Of a DNA stretch of 64,000 bases, positions 10,757-19,529 are shown in pieces. This DNA comes from Halarcobacter sp. (GTDB lineage Bacteria > Campylobacterota > Campylobacteria > Campylobacterales > Arcobacteraceae). Within the stretch, counting starts at the first letter, position 1, and each line of letters begins with the position of its first letter. The position numbers were made by a program, and so were the translations under genes. Location: positions 224,001 to 288,000 of the forward strand of contig OY781089.1 of the NCBI GenBank assembly GCA_963676565.1, in the 5' to 3' direction. Below the pieces are notes generated by a model that had not been told where the DNA came from, did no database searches, and saw only the letters and a program-made list of their open reading frames with translations.

Positions 10757-11293
10757 ATGAGCGTAGGACAAGAACTCTTAGATGTACCATTACCACAGAT
10801 GGTAGCCGACTTAGCCATGGGTGTAGCTACAGCACAAGAAGCTTTAGATAACAATTCACTACAAACAACATTAGAACTCGCAAAACCAGAAAATGCTATT
10901 AGTTTCGTACCAAAAATTGTAGGAACAATTAATCCTGATACAGGGGAATCAAACATAACACAAGTTGAGGCAAAGGATATTCCACTTATTGCATTTATAA
11001 GACCTACTTGGTATCAGTTTTCTGAAACATCAATTGAAGTATCTATGGATATTAAAACTTCAATGCAAAGGGAAACAAATGTAAAAGTTGGGTTTAAAGC
11101 AAAAGCTGGATGGGGTCCATTTTCTGCTTCCATAAAAACAGATGTTGAACATAATAGAAAATTTGGTAAAGAAGTACATGGAACAAGTAAACTTACTGTA
11201 AAAATGGTTCCTGTACCTCCACCACCTTTATTATTGCCAGAGGTTGATATTCAGGTTTTACAACCAGCTAATCCAACACCACCTGTTAATTAA
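10757..11293 (+). CDS. Hypothetical protein, DUF2589-like
   Basis: AAGGA SD. Helix LPQMVADLAMGVATAQEALD, strand YQFSETSIEVSMDI, hairpin KAKAGWGPFSASI, terminal KLTVKMVPVPPP; clear paralogue of 11365..11841. Confidence 0.7.
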   Translation: MSVGQELLDVPLPQMVADLAMGVATAQEALDNNSLQTTLELAKPENAISFVPKIVGTINPDTGESNITQVEAKDIPLIAFIRPTWYQFSETSIEVSMDIKTSMQRETNVKVGFKAKAGWGPFSASIKTDVEHNRKFGKEVHGTSKLTVKMVPVPPPPLLLPEVDIQVLQPANPTPPVN

Positions 11294-11303
11294 TAGTTTT
11301 ATT

Positions 11304-11331
11304 ATTCATAGTAGAATTTTCTACTATGAAT
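11304..11331 (+). terminator. Perfect intra-operon stem-loop after the first DUF2589-like gene
   Basis: ATTCATAGTAGAA-TT-TTCTACTATGAAT, extendable by flanking GTTTTA/TAAAAC; no U-tract follows. Confidence 0.7.
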
Positions 11332-11364
11332 TAAAACCTTAACCATAGATATAAGGAATATATC

Positions 11365-11841
11365 ATGCCTATACCAAAAGAATATAAAGAGATATCAGCA
11401 AGTTTATCTGATTTCGTGGAGGAGATGTCTTTAGCTATTGCTCAATCTAAAAAAAATTTAGATGAAAGCTCATTGAATACCTTAAAAGAATTAGCAAAAA
11501 CAGATATAGAAATCCCTATCTTAAAACAAGAAGTAACTCAAAATGGAGTAAGGGACAAAATTTCATATGTGAAAGTTTCTGCTTTATCTTTAGGAATGAA
11601 ACCAACTTTTTATGAATTTAGTGAAACTAAAATAGAAGTTTCTATGGATTTAAGCGTTGCAGAAGAAGTAACTTCAACCACAAATACTAAAAAGAAAAAA
11701 CTGTTTGTTAATACTAAAGATATAAAAAATGAAAGGCGATTCGAATCTAATATGAATGCTTTTAGTAAACTATCTATAACAATGGTACCCGTACCTGCAC
11801 CTAATAATATACCTGGGATAATTCAAGATTATGAAAGCTAA
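11365..11841 (+). CDS. Hypothetical protein, DUF2589-like paralogue
   Basis: AAGGA SD. LSDFVEEMSLAIAQSKKNLD, PTFYEFSETKIEVSMDL and SKLSITMVPVPAP align by eye with 10757..11293. Confidence 0.7.
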   Translation: MPIPKEYKEISASLSDFVEEMSLAIAQSKKNLDESSLNTLKELAKTDIEIPILKQEVTQNGVRDKISYVKVSALSLGMKPTFYEFSETKIEVSMDLSVAEEVTSTTNTKKKKLFVNTKDIKNERRFESNMNAFSKLSITMVPVPAPNNIPGIIQDYES

Positions 11842-12070
11842 TGATTTCTTTGGAATAGTTTCAGATTCTTTATTAGATGTCTACAAGATTAACAAAAAGA
11901 TTGAAAAGAATAATCTTTTAATAAAAGATATTGAACTAGAGATGAGTTTCTCTCCTGATTCTGAACTTAAGAATATATCTTTAGCTAAAGTGGAAAATAA
12001 ATTTATGGATAGATATAAAGAGACTAGCTACTTTAATATTAATATAAAAGCATCTGTAAAAAGGAAATAA
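11831..12070 (+). CDS. Small hypothetical protein (helix-strand-strand pattern like its neighbours)
   Basis: Overlaps the upstream gene by 11 nt and ends 1 nt before the next gene; LLIKDIELEMSF strand pattern. Confidence 0.6.
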   Translation: MKANDFFGIVSDSLLDVYKINKKIEKNNLLIKDIELEMSFSPDSELKNISLAKVENKFMDRYKETSYFNINIKASVKRK

Positions 12071-12071
12071 A

Positions 12072-12569
12072 ATGCCAAATTTTGAAAAAATAACAGAGAT
12101 AGAAAGAAAACTTAATACAATTGATAAAAAGCAATTGCAAAGTTTTAAACAGAGTTATAAAATTCAGGAAATAAAAGCTACAAAATTAAGTGATGAAAAT
12201 AAAACCTTGAAAATGGAAGTTAAAAATATAGAAAAGGAAAAAGTAAATCTTCAAAAACTTTTAGAAAAGCAAGAGATTCAACTAAAACAATTTGAAGAGT
12301 TAAAAAAAATCAAACCTCTATATCAAAATGATTTCAATAATTTCATAGCAGATTCAGTAAAAGCATTACAAAACAATTTAGAATCAGATGATGATAGTGA
12401 TTATGAATTTATGATTAGAGATGTACAAATTGAAGCTCTAGTTTCCACAGAAAATCGAAATGGAAAATTATCTTATGTGATTCCAACCTCTACCCAGCTA
12501 AAAGAGATTGATGGGAATAAGTTACAAAAACTGAAATACTCTTTAAGTGTAGTACCAAAAACTAGATAG
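12072..12569 (+). CDS. Hypothetical protein: N-terminal coiled coil plus Trypco/DUF2589-like C-terminal module
   Basis: K/E/Q-rich heptad region (about aa 1-80), then FNNFIADSVKALQ...YEFMIRDVQIEA...KLKYSLSVVP; AAGGA SD. Confidence 0.65.
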   Translation: MPNFEKITEIERKLNTIDKKQLQSFKQSYKIQEIKATKLSDENKTLKMEVKNIEKEKVNLQKLLEKQEIQLKQFEELKKIKPLYQNDFNNFIADSVKALQNNLESDDDSDYEFMIRDVQIEALVSTENRNGKLSYVIPTSTQLKEIDGNKLQKLKYSLSVVPKTR

Positions 12570-12578
12570 TTTTATTAA

Positions 12579-12606
12579 GGAGAAGACTAAAGTTAAAATC
12601 TTCTCC
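12579..12606. terminator. Hairpin between convergent operons
   Basis: GGAGAAGA...TCTTCTCC between the stops at 12569 (+) and 12619 (-). Confidence 0.55.
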
Positions 12607-12618
12607 AAAATAATTTCA

Positions 12619-15600
12619 TTATTGACTCTCTAAAGCCATTTTAGAAGCCAATTTAAAATCTGTTTTTCCACTTCCTAATTTTGGAACATTTTCAACTATT
12701 CTGTATATACTTGGTATCATTAACTTATTATCAAATTCGTCTTTAATTTTGTTTTTCAAAGTAAGTAATTGTTTTTCATCTATATTTGAAATTAAGGCAA
12801 CTATTTTTTCACCCTTTTTTTCATCTTTAATTGAGCTTGTAACAACATCTATTTCATCATTTGGTAAAACTCTTCTAATATTCTCTTCAACTGCTCCAAG
12901 ACTAATCATTTCGCCACCAAGTTTAGCAAATCTTGAATATCTATCAACAATTGTTAAAAAGCCATCTTCATCAAGTCTACCTTTATCTCCTGTTATATAA
13001 TAGGTTTTACCATCTAATTGTTTTAATACCTCTTTAGTCTTTTTCTCATCTTTTAAATAACCTTTCATAACTTGAACACCAGATATTAAAATCATTCCCT
13101 CTTCATTTGTTTCAAGCTCTTTATAGGTATCAGGGTCTACTATTTTAAATGTTGTTCCAGGAATTGGCATACCTACAGTTCCTACTTTTGCCCCAACTTG
13201 AATAGTTCCATCTTTTCCTTTCATTAAAGGCAGATTACATGCTGCAACAGGTGTTGTTTCAGTAACACCATAACCTTCTAAAATCTCTTTATCGAATTTT
13301 GTTTTAAAATCTTCCCTAACTTTTAAAGATAACTTTTCAGCTCCAGCAACTGTAAGTCTTAAGCTTTCAAACATCTGCTTAGTTACCTTTGCATTTCTTG
13401 TATAAAGTCTAAAGAAAGTGGAGGTTCCAAGCATAATTGTTCCTTTATATTTTTCTACTAACTTACCAATTGCATAACCATCAGTTGGATCAGGGTGTGC
13501 CACACAACGAATCCCTTCTATTAAAGGTAAAAAAAGTGTTACAACAGTACCAAATGCATGAAAAAATGGTAATGAGCCAACTATAATATCATCATCATTT
13601 ACATTTAAAATTGCAGCAATTTGTTGAGAGTTTCCTACTATATTTTGATGAGTTAATTCAATACCTTTAGGTATCCCTTCACTTCCACTAGAAAACATTA
13701 TTAAAGCTGTATCATCTTTTTTAGTTCTTTTTATATGTAAATTTTTTAGTAAAAAAGTAGGGAAAACAATCACACTTAATAGAGTTAATAATCCCTTAGT
13801 TTTAGTAATTTGACTTTTCATATCTTCAACATATAAAATTTCACATAAATCTAATACCTCATCAACATCAACACCTTTTTCTTTTAGTTTAACTATAAAC
13901 TTTTGTGAAGCAACAATTGTTTGGATTTCTGCTTTTTTTACACTTTCAACTAAAGCTTCAATGGATGCTGTAAAATTTAAATTAACGGCAACTTTTCCCA
14001 ACATTAAAATTGAAGTATTTAAAAAAGCTCCCCCTGCACTAGCAGGAACTAAAAGTCCAACATTTTGCCCTTTTACTTTTCTTTTTATAATATTTTTGAA
14101 AAGAATTGAAGCTGTTAAAAACTTATAAGCTGTTAATTCAACTCCTGTTGAATCGGCAAAGATTAAATCACCTTTAATCTGCTTTAGTCTATCAAATATC
14201 ATTTCGGAAATAGTATCAAGAGTTTTTGTATGCTCTTTCCAAGAGATTGTTGATAAAGTTTTAACAGCTTTCTTAACTGTAACTATAGTTGCTTTTTCTT
14301 TTTTCATAGCCCTTGAAAAAGATACCGTAACACAATTGGTTCTTTTACTTTTTTTGTATTTTTTATTTGCCCTACTAAACATAGACTCCCATAAACCTCT
14401 AATATAAAAAGCTATAACAGGCACATCTGTCTTTGTTTGTTTTAAAATTAGTTCAAAGCCTCTTTTAAACTCCCCTAAGTGTCCATTTCTAGTAATTCCA
14501 CCCTCAGGGAAAAGTACAACTACACTTCCTTTGTCAAGCTCTTTTGCTACAGTTTTAATAGTCTCTTTACTGGCATCATTAGATATAGGAATTGCTTTAA
14601 AAAGTTTTAGAAGCCAATTTAAATACCATTTTTCATATATTGGTTTGTGCATTACAAATTTTATTTGTCTTGGACTACTCATCAAAATCACTGCCCAATC
14701 TATCCAAGATACATGATTTCCTAAAAGTAAAGCCCCTCCTGAAGATGGAATATGCTTAACACCTTGAACCTCTAAATTGTATTTTAATCCAACAACAAAC
14801 TTCATAAATAATAAAATTAAAGATTGAGGCAATTTATAAATGGTATATGCCATCCCTGCTATTGTTATAAATAGTATTAGATATATTGTATTTAAAGGGT
14901 CAAGATTGTTTAAAGATACAAAAGTTGTGATACTAAGCATTAAAAACATTGCTAAAGAATGAAACCAATTATTCCCAGCTAAGATTGTCCCTAAGTTTTT
15001 CTTTTTAGCATTAAATTGAATCAAAGAGTTTAATGGAACAACAAAAAGTCCACCAAAAATACCAAAAGTTAAAAAGGTAAGAGCTAATAAGCTTGCACTA
15101 TCAACCAATGTAGAAAGATACATCATTACAGCCATACCAATAGCTGCAAGAGGAATAGTTCCAGCTTCAATATAATGTTTTGATAGTTTTGAATATATAA
15201 TTGAACCAATTGCAATTCCAATTCCTGAGGCTGCTATTACACCATTTATCACAAATACATCTGTGATATTTAAATATTGTTTTGCAAAAGATGGGAAAAC
15301 AGCCATAAGACCTTGGGATACTCCCCAAAAAACTGATAAGCCAATAACCGATAAAAATATTATATTATTTGAATAGATTGTTTTTATATTTTTCGTTAAA
15401 AGCTTCCCTTGAAGAAGTGCTTTTCTATCAAGGTATAAACCTTCATTTTTAACATATAAGGTTTTTAATCTTCTTAAAATAACTAATGATACAGCCATCT
15501 CTAAAAAAGCAACTGGGACAATATAATAAGTCAATGGTAAAATCGCATCTAAGAGTTGCTCTTTTGTTGTTAAAACTTGTAGATTATTTGCATTATAAAA

Positions 15601-16098
15601 AGATTCAAATACAAAAGAACCACATGCAATCGAAAATAAAATTGCTATTATTGATACTGCTTGTAAACTAGCATTTCCTTTTGCTAAGTTTTTCTTACCC
15701 CAAATATCTATAATAATACCAAATTTAGCAGGGGAATAAATTGCACTTTGTACTGCTAATAAAACAAGGTTTAACATAGCTATATAGAAGTTCCCACTTA
15801 AATAGGAAAATATCATTAAAATTGATAAAGAAAAAGAGGATATTGCTCCATATATTAATATATTTTTTTTATTATATTTATCTGATAAATATCCACTTAG
15901 TGTAAAAAGGAGTAAGAAAGGGATAATTATCATGGCATTTATAATAGATATCCAAACAACTTGAGTACTACCATCAAATATCTTAAATGCTATATTTTGT
16001 AAAAGCACTTTATGTGCAACATCAACTATTACATTACAAAAGACTACAAATAAAAACGCTAATTTTATAACTAGTAAATTACTTGATAATTTATTCAT
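12619..16098 (-). CDS. aas: MFS / acyltransferase / acyl-ACP synthetase fusion (2-acyl-GPE acyltransferase)
   Basis: N-terminal MFS (GYLSDKYNK, SPAKFG), PlsC motifs NHVSWID and FPEG, AMP-binding FSSGSEGIPKG, EGYGVTE, TGDKG, RFAKLGGEMI. Confidence 0.92.
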   Translation of the reverse strand: MNKLSSNLLVIKLAFLFVVFCNVIVDVAHKVLLQNIAFKIFDGSTQVVWISIINAMIIIPFLLLFTLSGYLSDKYNKKNILIYGAISSFSLSILMIFSYLSGNFYIAMLNLVLLAVQSAIYSPAKFGIIIDIWGKKNLAKGNASLQAVSIIAILFSIACGSFVFESFYNANNLQVLTTKEQLLDAILPLTYYIVPVAFLEMAVSLVILRRLKTLYVKNEGLYLDRKALLQGKLLTKNIKTIYSNNIIFLSVIGLSVFWGVSQGLMAVFPSFAKQYLNITDVFVINGVIAASGIGIAIGSIIYSKLSKHYIEAGTIPLAAIGMAVMMYLSTLVDSASLLALTFLTFGIFGGLFVVPLNSLIQFNAKKKNLGTILAGNNWFHSLAMFLMLSITTFVSLNNLDPLNTIYLILFITIAGMAYTIYKLPQSLILLFMKFVVGLKYNLEVQGVKHIPSSGGALLLGNHVSWIDWAVILMSSPRQIKFVMHKPIYEKWYLNWLLKLFKAIPISNDASKETIKTVAKELDKGSVVVLFPEGGITRNGHLGEFKRGFELILKQTKTDVPVIAFYIRGLWESMFSRANKKYKKSKRTNCVTVSFSRAMKKEKATIVTVKKAVKTLSTISWKEHTKTLDTISEMIFDRLKQIKGDLIFADSTGVELTAYKFLTASILFKNIIKRKVKGQNVGLLVPASAGGAFLNTSILMLGKVAVNLNFTASIEALVESVKKAEIQTIVASQKFIVKLKEKGVDVDEVLDLCEILYVEDMKSQITKTKGLLTLLSVIVFPTFLLKNLHIKRTKKDDTALIMFSSGSEGIPKGIELTHQNIVGNSQQIAAILNVNDDDIIVGSLPFFHAFGTVVTLFLPLIEGIRCVAHPDPTDGYAIGKLVEKYKGTIMLGTSTFFRLYTRNAKVTKQMFESLRLTVAGAEKLSLKVREDFKTKFDKEILEGYGVTETTPVAACNLPLMKGKDGTIQVGAKVGTVGMPIPGTTFKIVDPDTYKELETNEEGMILISGVQVMKGYLKDEKKTKEVLKQLDGKTYYITGDKGRLDEDGFLTIVDRYSRFAKLGGEMISLGAVEENIRRVLPNDEIDVVTSSIKDEKKGEKIVALISNIDEKQLLTLKNKIKDEFDNKLMIPSIYRIVENVPKLGSGKTDFKLASKMALESQ

Positions 16099-16100
16099 AC

Positions 16101-16736
16101 TTAAACCTTCTTAAACTCAATAATTGTATGTCTGTTAAAAATGTATGGCTTAAATGAATTTAAAATATTTAAAACTAAAACCTCTGGTAAGAAGCCTGTG
16201 TTTTCTAACACCTTTGTACTAAGTTCCCTTTCAAGCAAAGCTAGTTTTTTACTTGTTTTTACATATTCATTTATAAGTTCACTAGCAATTTGATAATCTC
16301 TCAACTCTTCATATACTTTTAGAACTTCAATTTCTGTTTTAAAATATATATCTTTATCATCAAGTAAATCTAAAGCAATAGCCTCTTTTATAATCTTTTT
16401 ATTTAAATCTTTTTTTGATATTGGATTTTTAATCTCACTTGATAACATCTCAATTGATTGTAAAATAAGTTCAGACCTATCGTCAAAATTTATATTATAA
16501 TAATCAAAAAGTTCTTTTATATAATCAATAGAAAAACTAAGATTATCTTTAAAATATTTAATCAAATTTAAAACTGATACAGTAATCTCTGGGTAGTATT
16601 TCATATTTTTTGAAGTGTATACTGTATTTGGGAGTAAACCTTTTTTACTATAAAAAGATATAGTATGATTAGAAAGGTCAGTTTCTTCTACCAACTCACT
16701 CATTTTATAATATGGTTTTCCATCTATAATTTTCAT
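16101..16736 (-). CDS. MerR-family HTH transcriptional regulator
   Basis: YKMSELVEETDLSNHTISFYSKKGLLP...YYP winged HTH; stop is 2 nt upstream of the aas start. Confidence 0.85.
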   Translation of the reverse strand: MKIIDGKPYYKMSELVEETDLSNHTISFYSKKGLLPNTVYTSKNMKYYPEITVSVLNLIKYFKDNLSFSIDYIKELFDYYNINFDDRSELILQSIEMLSSEIKNPISKKDLNKKIIKEAIALDLLDDKDIYFKTEIEVLKVYEELRDYQIASELINEYVKTSKKLALLERELSTKVLENTGFLPEVLVLNILNSFKPYIFNRHTIIEFKKV

Positions 16737-16748
16737 CTTTAATTCCTT

Positions 16749-16827
16749 AAAGTAAAGAGTTCAACTCTTCACTTTTGAAATTGTAGAGAAATTTAAAATA
16801 AAAGTCAAGAGTAAAACTCTTTACTTT
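16749..16827 (-). promoter_or_regulatory. Sigma70 promoter flanked by two 27-bp palindromic operators
   Basis: AAAGTAAAGAGT-TCA-ACTCTTCACTTT (16749-16775) and AAAGTCAAGAGT-AAA-ACTCTTTACTTT (16801-16827). Minus-strand TTGACT (16808-16803) and TACAAT (16785-16780) with a 17-bp spacer. Confidence 0.8.
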
Positions 16828-16871
16828 TTAGTTTTGTAACTGTTTGGTAATTTATAAGTTCTAGATTAATA

Positions 16872-18386
16872 TTAGCTTTTACTACTCTTACTAAACTCTT
16901 TTATCATTGCTAATATTTCCGATTCATTTGCGGCATCTTCCCTAGTAATAAGTCCTGATTTTAAGGTTTCTAATTTGGATAATGCAGTTTCTATTCGTTC
17001 TAAAAACTCATTAGCTTCTGTTCCTTGAGTTTTTTTATCTTCTTGTTTTAAATTATCTCCTTCTGTTTTTACAATAGCTTGACCCATAACTCTTTTTTCC
17101 ATAGCAGCTATCTCTTTTTCTGTTTTACTTAATAAGGCTTCAATCTCTTTTTTTGAGTAATTCCCCTCTTCTATTTTCTCTTTTAGTTTTCGAAGAAGCT
17201 CTTGTAAAGATTCAAGTTCAGAAACTGTAAAACCAGTTTTCATTAAAGAGAAAATATCTTCAACCATAGCCCTTAACTTTTCTATATCTTCTTTTTCCTT
17301 TTTGTTAGAACTTGTGGTATTGTTTTTTTTGTTTTCATCATTATCACTAGCTTTATAATTGTCAAAAAAACTCAGAACACTATTTAATAAATCTAACATC
17401 TCTGAAGGATCTCCACCAAACTTTCTTGCACCCTCTTCAAGGTCAGAGATTTCATCTTTAAAATAATCTTTTATGCTTTCTAAAGATGCAAACTCTTTTT
17501 TAGGATTTTTCTCATGATTTCCAGGAACTATATTTCCATTTTCATCTTCCATAAGTCCACTTCCAAAAGAAGACCAAAAATTAGCACTTAATTTCATATA
17601 GTCACGAACATCTAAATTTGATAAAAAGTTAACAAATTCATCTTTTAAATTTGCATCCTTTGAAAAAGCAGAATCTTCAAACCAGAAATCATTCCCTGCT
17701 TTAAAACTATTATATCTTTGTAAACCCGTGCTATATTTTTCATCTATTATAGAGCTATCATCTAAAGAGTTTTTATATGAAGTTAAAATATTTTTATAGG
17801 CATTTGCGTATGGCATTGCTTGTTCTTTACCCACCACTCCTGAAAGTGATATATGGGAATTAGACATTGTTGAGAAGAAAAAATTAAATTCTGTTGCAGT
17901 CATATTTTTAAAATATTCCCTTGTATTAACATCATCTGAACCATAATTGATATAACCATTTTCTACATCAACACTATAACTTGCTTTTAACTCCTTACCC
18001 GAAAGGTATCTATTGGCACTCATATGCATATCAAAAGAGAAAGTCAAAATTTCACTTTTTGACATAGTTGAAGTTGTTTCAAATACTGCTTTTTGCATAT
18101 TTATATCTCCAAAACTTGCAGCCATCCCAAAAGCTATAGATTTTTCAAATCCAGACTCTTCACTAATAAATTTTAAATGTGCACTTTTTTCCTCATCTGT
18201 TAAACTATTAAAATACTCAAAATCATATAGATCAACTTCTTCAGAATTTGTAGACTTATCTTTTTTATTAGATGTATCAGCTAGTGTTTGTTGAAAACTA
18301 TTTGTTTCATTTTCACTCTTAACAACTTTTCTATAACTTATACTTTCATAGCTATTATATGATACGTGTGTTGATGCAACTGTCAT
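16872..18386 (-). CDS. Hypothetical protein; C-terminal helical domain shared with 19530..20705
   Basis: Start reassigned to ATG 18386 after AGGAGA, with extended -10 TGTTATAAT upstream. Contains EDIFSLMKTGFTVSELES...EKRVMG. Confidence 0.75.
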   Translation of the reverse strand: MTVASTHVSYNSYESISYRKVVKSENETNSFQQTLADTSNKKDKSTNSEEVDLYDFEYFNSLTDEEKSAHLKFISEESGFEKSIAFGMAASFGDINMQKAVFETTSTMSKSEILTFSFDMHMSANRYLSGKELKASYSVDVENGYINYGSDDVNTREYFKNMTATEFNFFFSTMSNSHISLSGVVGKEQAMPYANAYKNILTSYKNSLDDSSIIDEKYSTGLQRYNSFKAGNDFWFEDSAFSKDANLKDEFVNFLSNLDVRDYMKLSANFWSSFGSGLMEDENGNIVPGNHEKNPKKEFASLESIKDYFKDEISDLEEGARKFGGDPSEMLDLLNSVLSFFDNYKASDNDENKKNNTTSSNKKEKEDIEKLRAMVEDIFSLMKTGFTVSELESLQELLRKLKEKIEEGNYSKKEIEALLSKTEKEIAAMEKRVMGQAIVKTEGDNLKQEDKKTQGTEANEFLERIETALSKLETLKSGLITREDAANESEILAMIKEFSKSSKS

Positions 18387-18590
18387 GATTTCTCCTATAT
18401 TAATTAGCGATTTCATATTCATAATCAAACTTTTTATTTATCCATATGAAATTATAACACCGATAAAACTTTTAATCATTTTTTTTCTAACAAAAAAAAT
18501 TATATTTTTTTAAATTTTAAAAAGAACTACTAAAAAAGCGTAACTATAAGAATATAATAAAATTGAATATTTAAAAAAAAGGAAGAGATT

Positions 18591-18609
18591 TGTGACACAA
18601 GATGTGACA
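18591..18609. promoter_or_regulatory. Direct repeat TGTGACA-N5-TGTGACA, candidate response-regulator site
   Basis: 12-bp period; near-identical to the site at 19457-19475; stands out in very AT-rich intergenic DNA. Confidence 0.55.
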
Positions 18610-18635
18610 GATAGAAATGTATTAAACTAATTGTT

Positions 18636-19325
18636 TTAAAAAACAGGTGTTAATTTAAATCCTTGAGGAGGAACTGCTTCTATTAATTTATGCTCTAATT
18701 TTGTCCTTAACCTATAAACTAGAGTTCTAATTGCACCATTTGTTACTTGTGAATGGGGCCAAATAATATATTCTATTTCATAAAAAGAAACAGGACTTCC
18801 CTTTGCTTCAACAAGTATACTTAAAAGTTTTCTCTCTTTTACACTAAGTTTTATAGGTGTTGTTTTAAAAAAAAGTGATTGGGTTTCCATATCAAAATAA
18901 TAATCAAATCCTAAAGGTGTACATCTTTTATCTATTATTACTTGATTTGATCTATTTATTTTAAATATTGCCAAAAGTAAAGCAGACTTTAGTTCCTTTT
19001 TATTAATTGGTTTTAAAAGATAACTTATTGGATTGGTTTCAATTGCCCTTGTCATAGTTTCATCATCATCGCAAGAAGTAAGATAAATAATAGGTATATT
19101 CTTAAATTTCTGGACCTCTTTTGCAAGTTCAATTCCATCTTGACCATTTTCTAAATTTATGCCAATTGTGATAATATCAGGTAATTTTATATCTATTACT
19201 TTAAAAGCATCATTATAGTTTGACACTACATCAATAACTTCATAACCAAATTCAAGAATAGTATTTTTTATATTAATAGCTTCTGCATTTTCTTTTTCAA
19301 CAATTAAAATCTTTGTTTTATTCAT
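18636..19325 (-). CDS. Atypical response regulator (pseudo-receiver plus OmpR-type winged helix)
   Basis: REC-like ILIVEKE...PDIITIGINL...IIYLTS...YLLKP with Gly at the phospho-Asp position; C-terminal AIRTLVYRLRTKL...GFKL. Confidence 0.85.
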   Translation of the reverse strand: MNKTKILIVEKENAEAINIKNTILEFGYEVIDVVSNYNDAFKVIDIKLPDIITIGINLENGQDGIELAKEVQKFKNIPIIYLTSCDDDETMTRAIETNPISYLLKPINKKELKSALLLAIFKINRSNQVIIDKRCTPLGFDYYFDMETQSLFFKTTPIKLSVKERKLLSILVEAKGSPVSFYEIEYIIWPHSQVTNGAIRTLVYRLRTKLEHKLIEAVPPQGFKLTPVF

Positions 19326-19456
19326 ATTAGACCTAAAAAAATATAATAAAATTATAGTAAAATAATCTTACTCTTTATACTTTAGATTTTTAAAATTCAA
19401 AAAATTCTAATCTAGGCACTTAAAAATAGAGTCTAAAAATTAAGAAAAATTAAAAC

Positions 19457-19490
19457 CGTGACTGTACATGTGACACTCTTTTGGTATACT
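19457..19490 (+). promoter_or_regulatory. Direct repeat CGTGACT-N5-TGTGACA next to an extended -10
   Basis: Repeat at 19457-19475 followed by TGGTATACT (19482-19490), upstream of ATG 19530. Confidence 0.55.
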
Positions 19491-19529
19491 TTTTTGTTGA
19501 CGATATTAAAATGTTGAAAGGCTTTTTAA

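Noticed and set aside
10427..12569. Prophage remnant, T6SS/eCIS tube genes or an R-body (reb) locus
   Set aside because: No recognisable sheath, baseplate, VgrG/PAAR, capsid, integrase or RebB sequence; kept as an unknown system instead.
19412..19430. Sigma54 -24/-12 promoter (AGGCAC...)
   Set aside because: No TTGC at the -12 position; no convincing sigma54 site was seen at the nitrogen genes either.
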